DNA of 61,470 bases, filler included, from Sphacelaria rigidula (taxonomy: Eukaryota), in assembly GCA_964200075.2 (NCBI GenBank). It is 8 parts of 8 records of this genome, joined end to end, with 100 filler letters (N's around TTAATTAATTAA, not from the genome) between each part and the next. Parts side by side here need not be neighbours in the genome. Positions count along the whole stretch, not along the records: positions 1 to 7,597 come from CAXNAA020014167.1; positions 7,698 to 15,294 come from CAXNAA020014168.1; 6 more parts are not named here. One strand, 5' to 3'. The notes below the pieces were generated by a model. That model was not told the origin of the DNA, ran no database searches, and worked only from the letters and a program-made list of their open reading frames with translations. Of this stretch, positions 1 through 11,100 are shown piece by piece. How positions within the stretch are numbered: the first letter of the stretch is position 1; each line of letters starts with the position of its first letter. Made by a program: the position numbers and the translations under genes.

Positions 1-1325
1 CATGTCCGGGCTGTGTTTTAGTAGGTGAAACAAAAAAGAGGGTTAGCTTCTCTATTTCATGTCTATGTCCGGGCTGTGTTATAGTAGGTTAAAGAAAAAG
101 GAGGGTTAGCTTCTCTATTTTATATATATATATATCCGGGCTGTGTTATACTTCCTCTATGCCATAAGTCTGTGCAGTTATTCTTATATGAGCCCTCAAC
201 GATGTCCGAATTGATTTTCGATTTTTTGGCTGCATTCGTTAGCGTTTTTTTAGCTACAAACAATACTCTTTCTGCAACATGGGTGCTTGACCCGTGCAGA
301 CTCGCGACCTAGAAAACGTGAGCCGGTCAAAATTTGGGCATTTTTCAATTTTTTTCCCAATGAAGTACAGCAGACCCGGAAATCGCGGAAAATCGTGAAA
401 AAAAGGCGAAAACCGCAAAAGCACCACTGATTTGGATATCCTCGTGACGTTAATATACGCACGCCCCATCTGACAAATTTTCAGCATGTGATCGCTAGTG
501 CTCGACGTGAAAACGTCCAAACTTGGTCAACATTGGGGTATAAGTGGACCAAAAAGGGTCAAAATGAGGTATATTTTGACCTCAAATTAGTATTGAAAAC
601 AAGCTTTTCTTTCCTTCATTTTTTCAAGTCAGCTTCGTCCGCGCGTCATCTCTCTAACGAACCCAACTATAGGATGATCATCAGCGTTGAAATACCCAAA
701 CAATCAAACGCCCATAACTGCACAGACTTATGGCACAGAGGAAGTAGCAGTTTAAATAAAAAAAAGGTTAGCTTCTCTCTTTCATGTCCATATTCGGGCT
801 TTGTTTTAGTAGGTCAAGCAAAAAGGAGGGTTTGTTTCTCCATTCCATGTCTATGTCCGGGCTGTGATATAGTAGGTGAAACAAAAAAGGAGGGTTAGCT
901 TCCCTATTCCAAGTCTATGTCCGGGCTGTGTTGTAGTAGGTTAAATAAAGAAGAAGGGTTAGCTTCTCCATTCCAAGTCTATGTCCGGGCTGTGTTATGG
1001 TAGGTTCAATAAAAAAAAAGGGTTAGCTTCTCTATTCGATGTCCATGTCCGGGTTGTGTTATAGTAGGTTAAAGAAAAAGGAGGATTAGCTTCTCTATTT
1101 CATGTCCATGTCCGGGCTGTGTTAGTAGGTTAAATAAAAAAGGAGGGTTAGCTTCTCCATTCCAAGTCTATGTCCGGGCTGTGTTATGGTAGGTTCAATA
1201 AAAAAGGAGGGTTAGCTTCTCTATTCCATGTCTATGTCCGGGCTGTGTTATAGTAGGTTAAAGAAAAAGGAGGGTTAGCTTCTCTATTTTATATCTATAT
1301 CCGGGCTATGTTATGGTGGGATAAA
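1..1325. repeat. Tandem satellite, 63-64 bp unit, interrupted by a MITE at 151-744
   Basis: Unit approx. CATGTCTATGTCCGGGCTGTGTTATAGTAGGTTAAAGAAAAAGGAGGGTTAGCTTCTCTATT; its GGG(C/T)T motif recurs at 8, 71, 138, 859, 923, 987, 1051, 1114, 1176, 1240, 1303. Confidence 0.95.
151..744. mobile_element. MITE with 31-bp TIRs and TA TSD (Tc1/mariner-like)
   Basis: CTTCCTCTATGCCATAAGTCTGTGCAGTTAT (151-181) is the reverse complement of 714-744 with 1 mismatch; TA at 149-150 and 745-746; removing it restores a satellite unit. Confidence 0.9.
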
Positions 1326-1619
1326 TAAAATGTGTTCCCGGGGGGAAACCATTGGAGTGTTTAATTTTCATCCTGTCGTGTATGTCGGTGACAGGCTGTA
1401 CATTTGTCTAGGTTTTGGTGGCTTGTTTTACAGGGCCGTTGCCACTCGACGCCAACCCAAGAGTCTGGAGGTGAGGGGTGGTGGGTTGGGGGGGGGGGGG
1501 AAGAAGAGAGAAAAAAGAAAGGCAAGCTGACACGAAAAGACCGGAGAAAAAAAGCANNNNNNNNNNTGTGGTTTGTGGTGTGTTTTTTGAGGGGGGGGGT
1601 CCCCCGCGAGCCCACGAAA

Positions 1620-1662
<43 letters not shown>

Positions 1663-2689
1663 AGAAGAGAGAAAAAAGAAAGGCAAGCTGACACGAAAAG
1701 ACCGGAGAAAAAAAGCAAGGTAAGAAAGTGAAACTGGGAAACGCTATGACTATGCCAGTGCTGGAGTCTACAGCAGTAGCGCGGAATGCTTGTGGACAAG
1801 TAACACTGGATGGTTGCACAGCGCTGCATACACGTGTACAGTGTGTGTTCGGAGTGAGGGGCGAAACAGCATTCGAATCAATTATCTCGCTCACATGTGC
1901 TGTACTCACGCAAATGCAGAGCCATGAGAGTACAGTGTCACAGCTTCCAACCTTACCAGTAGCGCAACCTGTTGCTCATGTTCACTGAGTAGAGCATAAT
2001 ATTCATAGCTTGCAGCTGAAAAAGGGGGATTTTTGTAATTTTTCGTAGTCGACGATTTTCAATTGCTATTCGCGTGCCTCCAGTCATCCAACTGAACGTC
2101 TCATCCCGAACTTTGCGGATCGGGAGACACCAGGCATCTACTCCACACTCCGGAACGAGAATAATCTCTGAGCTCAATAGTGAACTACTGTATGGCGCAC
2201 ATGTTTTGGCCTCCGTCCCGTCAATAATGCAGAGGGGGCCCTCCCTGCTCCGGCCACTCTGATTTGTTTCGTAACATCCGCAAACTCGACAATCTTCGTG
2301 CACTTTGTACAATATCCACGACTGTGAACTGGCTACTCCGGCCAGATCAGTTTTGACCGGCCACACCAGCGGCCGGTACATCGTGGTTTTCCAGTTAACC
2401 GGCGAAGCCACGAGCCGCAAACGGTCCTCCCCGGGGAGTGAGGGGGCTCCGCGGGAGCGCCGCCGGAGGCACGAAGAATTGCGTTATTTGGCTTGTTTTT
2501 TCTTTTTAAATGTTGAAAATTGTAGAAAATGTGACCCCTCACATTGAGCAGCTAAAATTCTTAGCTGACATTCAAATCCCATCTAAAGCGGTGAGCGATT
2601 CTAAAATCATTCATCTGTAATGTACAGCTGCAGACTTTCCGTGAGGAGAGGAGGATACAAAACAAGACGAGGCTGGCAGCACGCGGGGT

Positions 2690-4232
2690 CAAGGTATGCT
2701 AAATATAAAAAAGCCTTCTTATATATATATATATTTTTAGGGGGGGGGATGAAGTTCGGGCGTTCTCGTGAAAAAATGGTCGTTGCCATGCTGAAACGCC
2801 CTAAACCAGTGAAAAAAAAAGGAAAAAAACTGACCCACTTTTATTGGTTCGTTACACCCTAGCGAGGTCCCACCCAAAATCTCAATACACAAACACCAAA
2901 CGTGGGCCGGTAAGTTGCCTGCAAAACACTGCTCCGAAATTTACCGACCCGGATTTTGACGGCACATTCGCAATTTAATACCCAAGAGTTGGACCCTATT
3001 TTTTTATATGGGTAATCAATAGGGCAAAAAAAAAAAAGTGATGCGTAGATCCAAAGAGTTTTTTCTTTGTTTTCATGAGTTAAAGGCAATAATCAGTTTT
3101 CCGTTTTCAGTAAAATGCCGTTGAATATTCAAAGAGCAAAATCTTTGGGTCCATTCATAATTTTTTTCATCATGTCCTACGAGCTGGACCGCTCAAGAAG
3201 CCACCAGGAATGTTGAAACGCATATTCTTCGCTCAATTTTGGATCGTCTTCGATGAAGTTTCGACACCATGTACAGGACGTATGTGCGAATACCAAACCT
3301 TCCATCCCTTCTTTTTTTCTTCGTGAGTTTCTGTCAATTTTGTTCCGAGAAAAATGTTCTAAAATGTTCCGTCGCCAACAACACACAGAGAAAAAAAAAG
3401 TGATGTAAGGCTTTGTATTCGCACATACGTCCTGTACATGGTGTCGAAACTTCATCGAAAACGATCCAAAATTGAGCGAAGAAAATGCGTCATTGTGTCG
3501 ACAACTGGTCACTTTAGTATATGGAGGTGGACAAGTTACGAATAATTCGAACGCATTCATGCTCTTCAATTTCAAGCTGTTTTCGATTAAATTTTGACAC
3601 GATGTACAGGACGTATGTGTGAACACCGAACGTTTCCTCCTATGTTCTTCTTCTTCGGGAGTTATTGGCAATTTTGTTCCGGAAGAAACTTTTTTGAGAT
3701 GTTCCGTCGCCAATAAGTCACGAAGATCAGGAAAAAACACACGGGAGAAACGAAGGTGTGTTTGCACATACGTCCTGTACATCATGTCAAAATTTTATCG
3801 AAAGCGACCAAATATTGAACTCGAGAATCGTGCTACAGCTTGTGCGGCACCACGCGGCACAAAACTGACTGTAACCGAAAATCCAATCTCAGCCGTTTTC
3901 TTTTGGCTAATTCCGCCGCACATAGAACCTACCCTCAACTCTTCACACTTTCGCACTTGACTACAGTTTGGTATTTCGTTTGATGATATCTTGTAGGGAT
4001 CGCAGCGCTACATGGATTTGAAGACGCGCGCTGATTTGCCGATTACCCCGATGAGTCATAGTAGGCACAACTCGCGATACATCGTCAGTTGGAACGGGCT
4101 GAAAGAAAGAGAGCTTCTTAGGCGGCCCAGCCTGTATTGATTGTCCATACCAAATTTTAGTATTCAACTCGAAGTATTAAACTGCGAATATGCCTGCAAA
4201 CTCCAAATCGGCTTCTAGGCCAGCCCAGCTCG
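2690..4232. mobile_element. Partial non-autonomous TIR element (CGAGCTGGGC-ended family), homologous to 57360-58573
   Basis: 2740-3175 and 4137-4232 align with approx. 58040-58573; right end GCTTCTAGGCCAGCCCAGCTCG|TA; left end not resolved. Confidence 0.7.
3180..4134. mobile_element. Nested TA-TSD TIR element containing two internal foldbacks
   Basis: TA|CGAGCTGGACCGCTCAAGAAGC ... GCTTCTTAGGCGGCCCAGCCTG|TA; internal inverted arms approx. 3216-3306/3402-3490 and approx. 3570-3640/3740-3815; empty site visible in the contig-8 copy near 58470. Confidence 0.75.
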
Positions 4233-6955
4233 TAGCACGCGTACTGTCTGTACTTGTACTGCTGTCAGGTGCAGGCCCCAATTCTACTGTCATTTTGTTC
4301 GAAATAATGTAAGCATCTTTGTGGTAAACTCACTACACTAATATTGGTATAAACATAGCCGGTCACGGCGAGCTTCAAATAAACTGGATAAACTGGAGTC
4401 CTCGTCACCATTTCCAGTTAAACTCCAGTTCCAGTTTAACCGCCAGTACAAACTGGTCCAGTTCACAGCCTGACAATATCCCTTCGCCACAGGAACCTCA
4501 TTTCCCATGAAGCTCTATTGAAGGCGACTTCAGGCGCTTGTTTTTGTGTTTGATCTCCCATTTCCCGCCGCTACACTCGCGACAAGCAAATAACCAAACT
4601 CCCCTGCCATCCTGCATGCTGCAGATGATAATAAATTCACGAAGAAGCGTTGGGAAGGATTCAGTATCACGTGGAAGAGACGATGCGGTTGGCGATCGTG
4701 ACCGATCGTCAGAAGCGTGGTCTCACGCAATAATGAAAATAAATGCAGAAGCTCACCAAGCGTCTTTACGACCAGACGAGCTATCTCATCCACCGTATCA
4801 AGGAGCTACAGGAACACCTTGATAGTGGCGGGTAACACATCTGCCGCCTTTTCCAAGAACATTAGGGCGATGCTAGCATGCTGTTGCACCGTCCCACATA
4901 CGACCAGGACGCTGACCTTGTCGAAGCTGGGAGCGGCGCAGCTTATGCGGGGGGCGGGTGGAGGAGAGGCATGCCATCAACGACAAGTTTCGAAGAACCC
5001 GGATGATAACATGCTCAATTCCATGTGCGGGGGTTGATAATGATGCAGGCGGATGCGTCGCTTCGCATGAAGACCCTGCGACCACCACTGGGCGTACCTG
5101 GCGCTCGAGAAAGGCTGAGCCATCATGTTCATGGAGCGGATCGAGGGAATGCGGACGGCTTCTAAGGCGCTACGTAAAATCATGGACATAGGACCAAGAT
5201 TCATTGACACGCAGTAGACTCAGAGTAGGGATGGCGAGGATGGTCGGCGAATGACCGTGTACCTGGAGATCTCATGTTAATACTTCGGAGCTTTGTTTGC
5301 GCTTTGTTTTTCAGTGACACCCTGACTTCAAAATTATCAGTGCATGCTCGTATAATACTTTGGCTCAAGGTTGTCTCGCACGGCCGCGAGTTCGTTCGCA
5401 CGGCACCCATGAAGTAACCACCATTTCAGCGCTCTTCTCGTGTCACGTACTTTCGTACGTGAGAGGGATGTTAGCGTTCCTTGCGGGTGACCTTACGCTG
5501 CGCGGACGTCAAGATATTTCATCGTCCCATCAAAGCTATGTAAAAAAAATGCTGGGACTTTTCTCGTAATGAATAACCTCCAAGCACTGCTCAGGCGAAA
5601 ACGTCCATGCGCGGGGCAAGTTTTTTTAATTTCGGGTTGAAATTATGACACCAGATGGAGAACACATAGGCCTATCCGTGACTTCAGCTTTTGGTTTATT
5701 CACGACGTTTGCACTTTTGGCGCCGGAGCCCTCAGATGAACCCTAGAGTGACACCTGAAAAATGAGCGAAAAACGATCACTTCGTCCACATTGAAGACGC
5801 AGGATCACGCGGGTGAGGGGTGCGACTCCGGATCTCCGTGGAAGGGAGTATTATCAGGGGTAAGCGGATGGTATACACGAATAAGACCAAGAAAATCATA
5901 AGTGCACATGCTACTTGCGATTTTTACACGTGAACTTCACAAGCCCTGCGCCAATCTTCGTAGCAACGAGCTAGTGCGCGAGTCCTTGATGGCAGTTCCC
6001 AGTGCAACTTTGGCTCGATGAGAGCGATGACGGAGAACACCGTGCGGTGTCTCGCCCTGTCCTCTCTATAGACCACCATCAGTGGTTCACCGTCGGCGCT
6101 CCGTCACACAACACACAACCAGAGAAAGGCACAAGCAAGCAACGCCTCTGGTCAGCGGTTGTGGGGTCACCGTAATTCATGATCCCCAGCACCGCCGCGT
6201 ACACCCCGGTGCCTGTATCTGTTGTCCGCAGACCGCTGTACTTTTGTTTGAAATAATTGTCATCTACATGCTATTAATACTGTATGGAGACGGTACAGGC
6301 AGGACAGCATGCACTGCACGTCGTTCACCTCTCCTTAGTACCGTCCAAGGATGCCCATATCCCGCGGGACTGTCAGCCGAAATATTGTACCGAAACGAGG
6401 CCTGGCGGTCGAGGGCTAACGAAGCCAAAGACACTCGGTTACACTGCATCCGCCGAAGATGGCGTTCGGAACAGAAACCACAAATTATCCGGAGCGTAGG
6501 TCTCCATGTCGCCTATCTGGTGTCGAACCCCCACCCCATTATTCAGAGAATTGCGCCGCGTATGGCCTGTTCATGAGGAGGCTTAGTCGGCCCAGCTCGT
6601 GGAGCGAAACATAGTGTCACTTACGGTACGGGTGTACATCTCAGTGCTGACAGTCAGGCAGCGCAGTACATGATTGTGCAACACAATTACTCTGATTCGA
6701 CCCTGTACCATCATCCCAGGGAAAAAATGGCACCCGTTTGATCACCTCACCTCACCTGCTTCACCTCATTACTCACGGCCGTGCTGCCATGGAGTTTCAG
6801 TACTCGTACGCCGTACTGTTGTAGTAGCTCCAGTTGCAATCCCAACTTCCAGGAAAGCTGCTACTTGTACAACTGCACCGTCCGCGATGCTTACAGCGGA
6901 AATAGGCCGGTGCCCCCCCCCCCCCCGTAGAACAGATACCCGATGCAAATGAAAC

Positions 6956-7117
6956 CTGCTCTCGCTCCACCGGGAATTCCTCCGTGTACCTAAGATCAGT
7001 AAACTTGATGTCCCCGTGTAAGTCCCGACCGTCTTCCTTCTCAAAAGGATTGTCGATCAGACATGCGATGTTCCGGATTTCATTTTCCGAAGCGGAGATT
7101 CGTCTGTAGAACATGAC
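6956..7117 (-). CDS. Probable internal exon of an unidentified gene
   Basis: AG|GTC...CAG|GT boundaries, 162 bp, phase 0/0: VMFYRRISASENEIRNIACLIDNPFEKEDGRDLHGDIKFTDLRYTEEFPVEREQ; no family recognised. Confidence 0.4.
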
Positions 7118-7389
7118 CTTCCGCAAAAACGTTGAATCATGACGATCGGGAATATACAATTGTTTCCCCTCAAACCCTTGTGCAGCAGCGTGGAGCAAGT
7201 GGGACACAGTGCCCGCAGTCTAGTCCAATCCAGTCGAAACCAGCCTGTACACCAGCTTGGATAGAGCTTGGTTGGATAGATATGCGGTGAATGCACTGTA
7301 TTTTGATTCCGATCCCTTCCGAGATGAGGTATATGTTACCTCGATCAATTAATTCCCTTCCCCATCAAGCTTCGTGGGGTGTGTTCCAC

Positions 7390-7597
7390 AACGTGTGTGT
7401 TGTCGTCCCATCTATTCTGGACGCCAGTCTACACCTTTCGGTATATGTGGGCGCACCAGCCGGGTTCACGCAGGAGGAAGGTCAACACAGGAGCTTTTCT
7501 TTTTTCTTTTTCTGTTTGGTACCCCACCTTCCTTCTGCGGTGCTTGCCTTTTTTTTTAATCGCGAGAGGGGTTCGGCAGCCCCTTTCCCTCGTCGAC
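7390..7597 (-). mobile_element. 3' part of tRNA-derived SINE (same family as 13355-14179), cut by contig end
   Basis: CCCATCTATTCTGGACGC...GGGCGCACCAGCCGGGTTCACGCAG...CCCTTTCCCTCGTCGAC shared with 13370-13419 + 13885-14023. Confidence 0.8.
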
Positions 7598-7697
7598 NNN
7601 NNNNNNNNNNNNNNNNNNNNNNNNNNNNNNNNNNNNNNNNNTTAATTAATTAANNNNNNNNNNNNNNNNNNNNNNNNNNNNNNNNNNNNNNNNNNNN
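7598..7697. other. Artificial contig spacer (N44-TTAATTAATTAA-N44)
   Basis: 100-bp spacer with stops in all six frames; identical spacers at 15295, 22991, 30687, 38383, 46079, 53775. Confidence 0.98.
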
Positions 7698-7768
7698 TGG
7701 CGCGTTATGTGATTTCCGGCGTTTTCTCTTCCCGCCCCCCCTAGGCTTAAAAGGGGAGGAAACGACGC

Positions 7769-7801
<33 letters not shown>

Positions 7802-8110
7802 CTGCGCATGCTACTACATCACCCTCCACCACATCGCAAACTTTTATCCAGAAAGTATATGTGAATATCCCCGGATATTGCCTCTTGGACTATGAGAATG
7901 CATCTGCCGTTGGAAACAATGGCGCGAAATTAATGATCTAAAAGCTACACAGTTGTAGACGACCATATGATAACAGGCGACCGAACACTTTCCTAAAAAG
8001 CAACGATGAAATCCTCGAGCCAGTAAGTATTGCGTGCGTCGTTTGGCATCGAAGCTTGCTGTATTCACATTTATCGTACTCGGGACAGAAGCTGCCTCTG
8101 ACTTGTACGA

Positions 8111-11100
8111 TCAGTCATAATCAGTGAAGGTGACCAGATACCCTTGGTTCGCATCTCCGCCTGTCGACGACCTCGGCAAGTTCCAGCAGGGGAAAATATT
8201 GCCAAGTTGTTCGCCAATGCATCGACTATAACACTGGACAGGAACCACGCGCAAACAAACTCTGTACACATACAAACGATGTTCGAACGAAGCACGCGGT
8301 TCAATTGAGATGAGCATTGCCATCTCCAACGAGGAGCTGGTCATCGAAATGCGGCCAGTGGTTGGCCTTGTTGCTGACACCAGCGTCTAGCATGGACACC
8401 GGTGTACCGCCACCTCCTCTGCCAGCAGGTAGTAGCGGAGAAGCGCGCGAATGTGCTTCATCTTTGACGTCGCCATCCCAACTACCGTGCACATTGTTCT
8501 CGCCGTAGTCATTGCGTCGTTTTGAGGGAGGGCCGGAAGAGGAAGCAAGCCTCGAAGGCGCTATCCTGTCGTGACCAGGGCGGGAGCGTTATACGTGAAG
8601 AGTAAGAGAGCGGAGAGGAGTGAAGAAGGCAGAGTGAGATTATGGCACTTACGCCAGAGAGTTCCGACACACGACCCCAGGCATTTGAGGATATGCCGTT
8701 GATTGTGTTGCGGTAAAGGAGCGGGGGCGCACACATGCGAAGCATATGGAGTAAATCAGTATCATGACTCAGTACAGGGTGGCGCGATCAGCGACGGCGC
8801 ATCATTGAGAATCATCACCATATGTTTCTCGCAGTTGTATTGCCTCTTGATACTTGCTCCTCACGTGATACGACGCGCTCATGTGGTTCCCACACTATTT
8901 GCTGGGGGACACAACAAGGCTTGGCGTCTCTCATGGAACCCACTAGACTACCCCCACCACTCACAACGGAAAAGGAATGCCGCGACCCCGACGTGCTTTC
9001 CGCGATGATTCAGCCGGAGGAGGACCCGCTGGTGCAGGGATATCCAATTTATCGCGAGGTTTCCTCGGCGACGCACCCTGCCCGTTGCTGGCGTCACTGC
9101 GATATTTGATGTCTTCTTGTTCTGTCCCGATACTCCAGGAGCGAACGTTCTCCACGCGTCCATTGTCTGCCTCCTTAGCTGCGGCTTGAAGAGCCTGAAC
9201 CGCTGCAGTAGCCCTTCTCCGATGTTTCTCAATCTCTAGGTTCAAGTCATAACTGGCTTCGTCATCTTCCGAGTCACTAACGTCCACGGGTCCGCGGTCT
9301 GCCGGCGCAGCGAGCTTCTCCTCCAGGCGAATCGACCGGGGCTATTCGTCATCAGGAGCGGCGAGATTGAACGAAACAGCGCCGCTGAGTTGGTTGGCAG
9401 GACGAGGATTGCAAGTAGGGGTGTAAGCATTGCTGGTCGGTGTTTGAAAATGCAACTTTCACAAGGGGTTTCAGAGAAGTACTGCGAGGCGGTGTGCATG
9501 TTCTAAGGCGCACACCCACGAACGGGAGATGGTCGTGAATGGCGGGATTTCCCATAGAGGGGAATTTTCCCTCGCTATTCTATAATACGAGGTTCGAGGT
9601 TTGGCAAAGCGGTCGTGTCAACACATCACTTTGTACGCCGGAATAATTGTAATCCTGCCTTGCGAGACAGCAACAACTCATGGAGGGTATCGTTTTCTAA
9701 GTGAAGAAAACAAGGAGCAGTCTCTGTGTCATTGACCTGCCGAGGTTGTTCGCCGTCGCTCCACTCCAGATCTGCTGCACTTCGCCTCCGGCCTTTCACC
9801 GAAGACTTCGCGACACTACCACGCTTGATGTCTTTGGCTTCAGACGAATCCGGTTGTCCGCATCGGCCCGAAGACTGCGAGTTTGAAGGGTGGTCGGAAA
9901 GGAACTCTTTCGGCGGTGGAAGTACAAAGGCATGTCTCGAGCCCTCCCCTTCGCCTGGTGCTCTCGATATGTGTGGATGTAACCGAAACGCGGTTGTCCC
10001 GCTCGGGCGGGACCGCTCCCAGCTGAGTTCAAACGATGGGGCAGACATCTCAATATCGCCCTCTTCAGTTCGCGTCACTTCCCCCTCGTCGTCTTCATTG
10101 CTGTGCTTGGACTCCGCCACGTGTGGTGACAGCTGGCCTGCTTCATTGCTGATTATGCACGGTTCATTCCGCCGCTCGTGGTTCTGCCTTTGTTCATGTC
10201 CAACGTCATGGCCGTCGTCCAGATTAATTGTGCTCTCGTCATCATCGTCAGTACCCAGAGGGTGGAGATCCTGCTGTTCCGTAACATCGTCGTGACCCGC
10301 ATCCGACTTAACACCATGCTTGTCGACACTGTGTTCGCCGGAGGGGGATTTCTTATCAAGATCACTTTCGACTCCGATACTAGAGCAACTGTCAGAGCGG
10401 CGGTGTTTGTCGCCTGTGGTGAAGCTTCGTATTATATCGTCGCACTCTGCGTCGCTCGTCCAACTTCGCTTCTCCGACCCGGCGCTCTCAACACCTTGGC
10501 GATCCCCCTCTTCTACGTGCTTGCTTGTGTTTGACTCTGGGTCACCCCCGTGACGGATATTATCGGGTAATTCCTTGCGACCATCTCCGGATTTCTCTGT
10601 TTCCACTGCCACGTATTTTTCCCGTTTTCTTGTTCCACTCTGACAGCTGGGTCTACTTTCTTGCCCATCCCCATCGTCATTATTTTCGTTGCCACTACTA
10701 CTAGTGCTTCCTTTCTGAGCGGCCGTCGCCCCATCTCTGAACACATTAGCCCTGCATTTTCCTGTGTCGCTGTGATCGTAGCTAGCTCTAATTAATAGTC
10801 GTTCGCTCTCCCCAGTCCGATCGTGCTGTTCATCTTCTTCGGACGACCTGCTCCGCTCGTCTTGACTCACGGAGCGTCTACAATACTCATCATCTACGAC
10901 TACCGTATCATCATAGTCGTTGATGACCCCGTTGCTCGAGCGGGGAGGGTCACTTGAGCCGCTGAAACCCTTTAGGTGTGCTAAGCGCGCGTCGCCGTCA
11001 TGTTCCTTTGTGTTTCGGAAATATCTCTCTTTTCCCGGGATTTCACCGTTATCTTGGGCTGGGACGGCCTGGACGCTGGTCGTTTTCTTGAGCAATGGTG

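Noticed and set aside
1-1325. CRISPR-like array
   Set aside because: Whole units repeat with no unique spacers, no cas genes, eukaryotic context.
1490-1716. Long poly-G tracts, duplicated 56-bp segment and poly-Pro/Gly ORFs
   Set aside because: Duplication flanks an N gap next to homopolymers, typical of an assembly artefact; similar G/C runs at approx. 7770, 15210 and 27655 give only spurious ORFs.
1953-2320. SET-domain remnant (IIDGTEAKTCAPY...GTRIAI...YW)
   Set aside because: No NHS/ELxxDY core; resemblance too weak to support.
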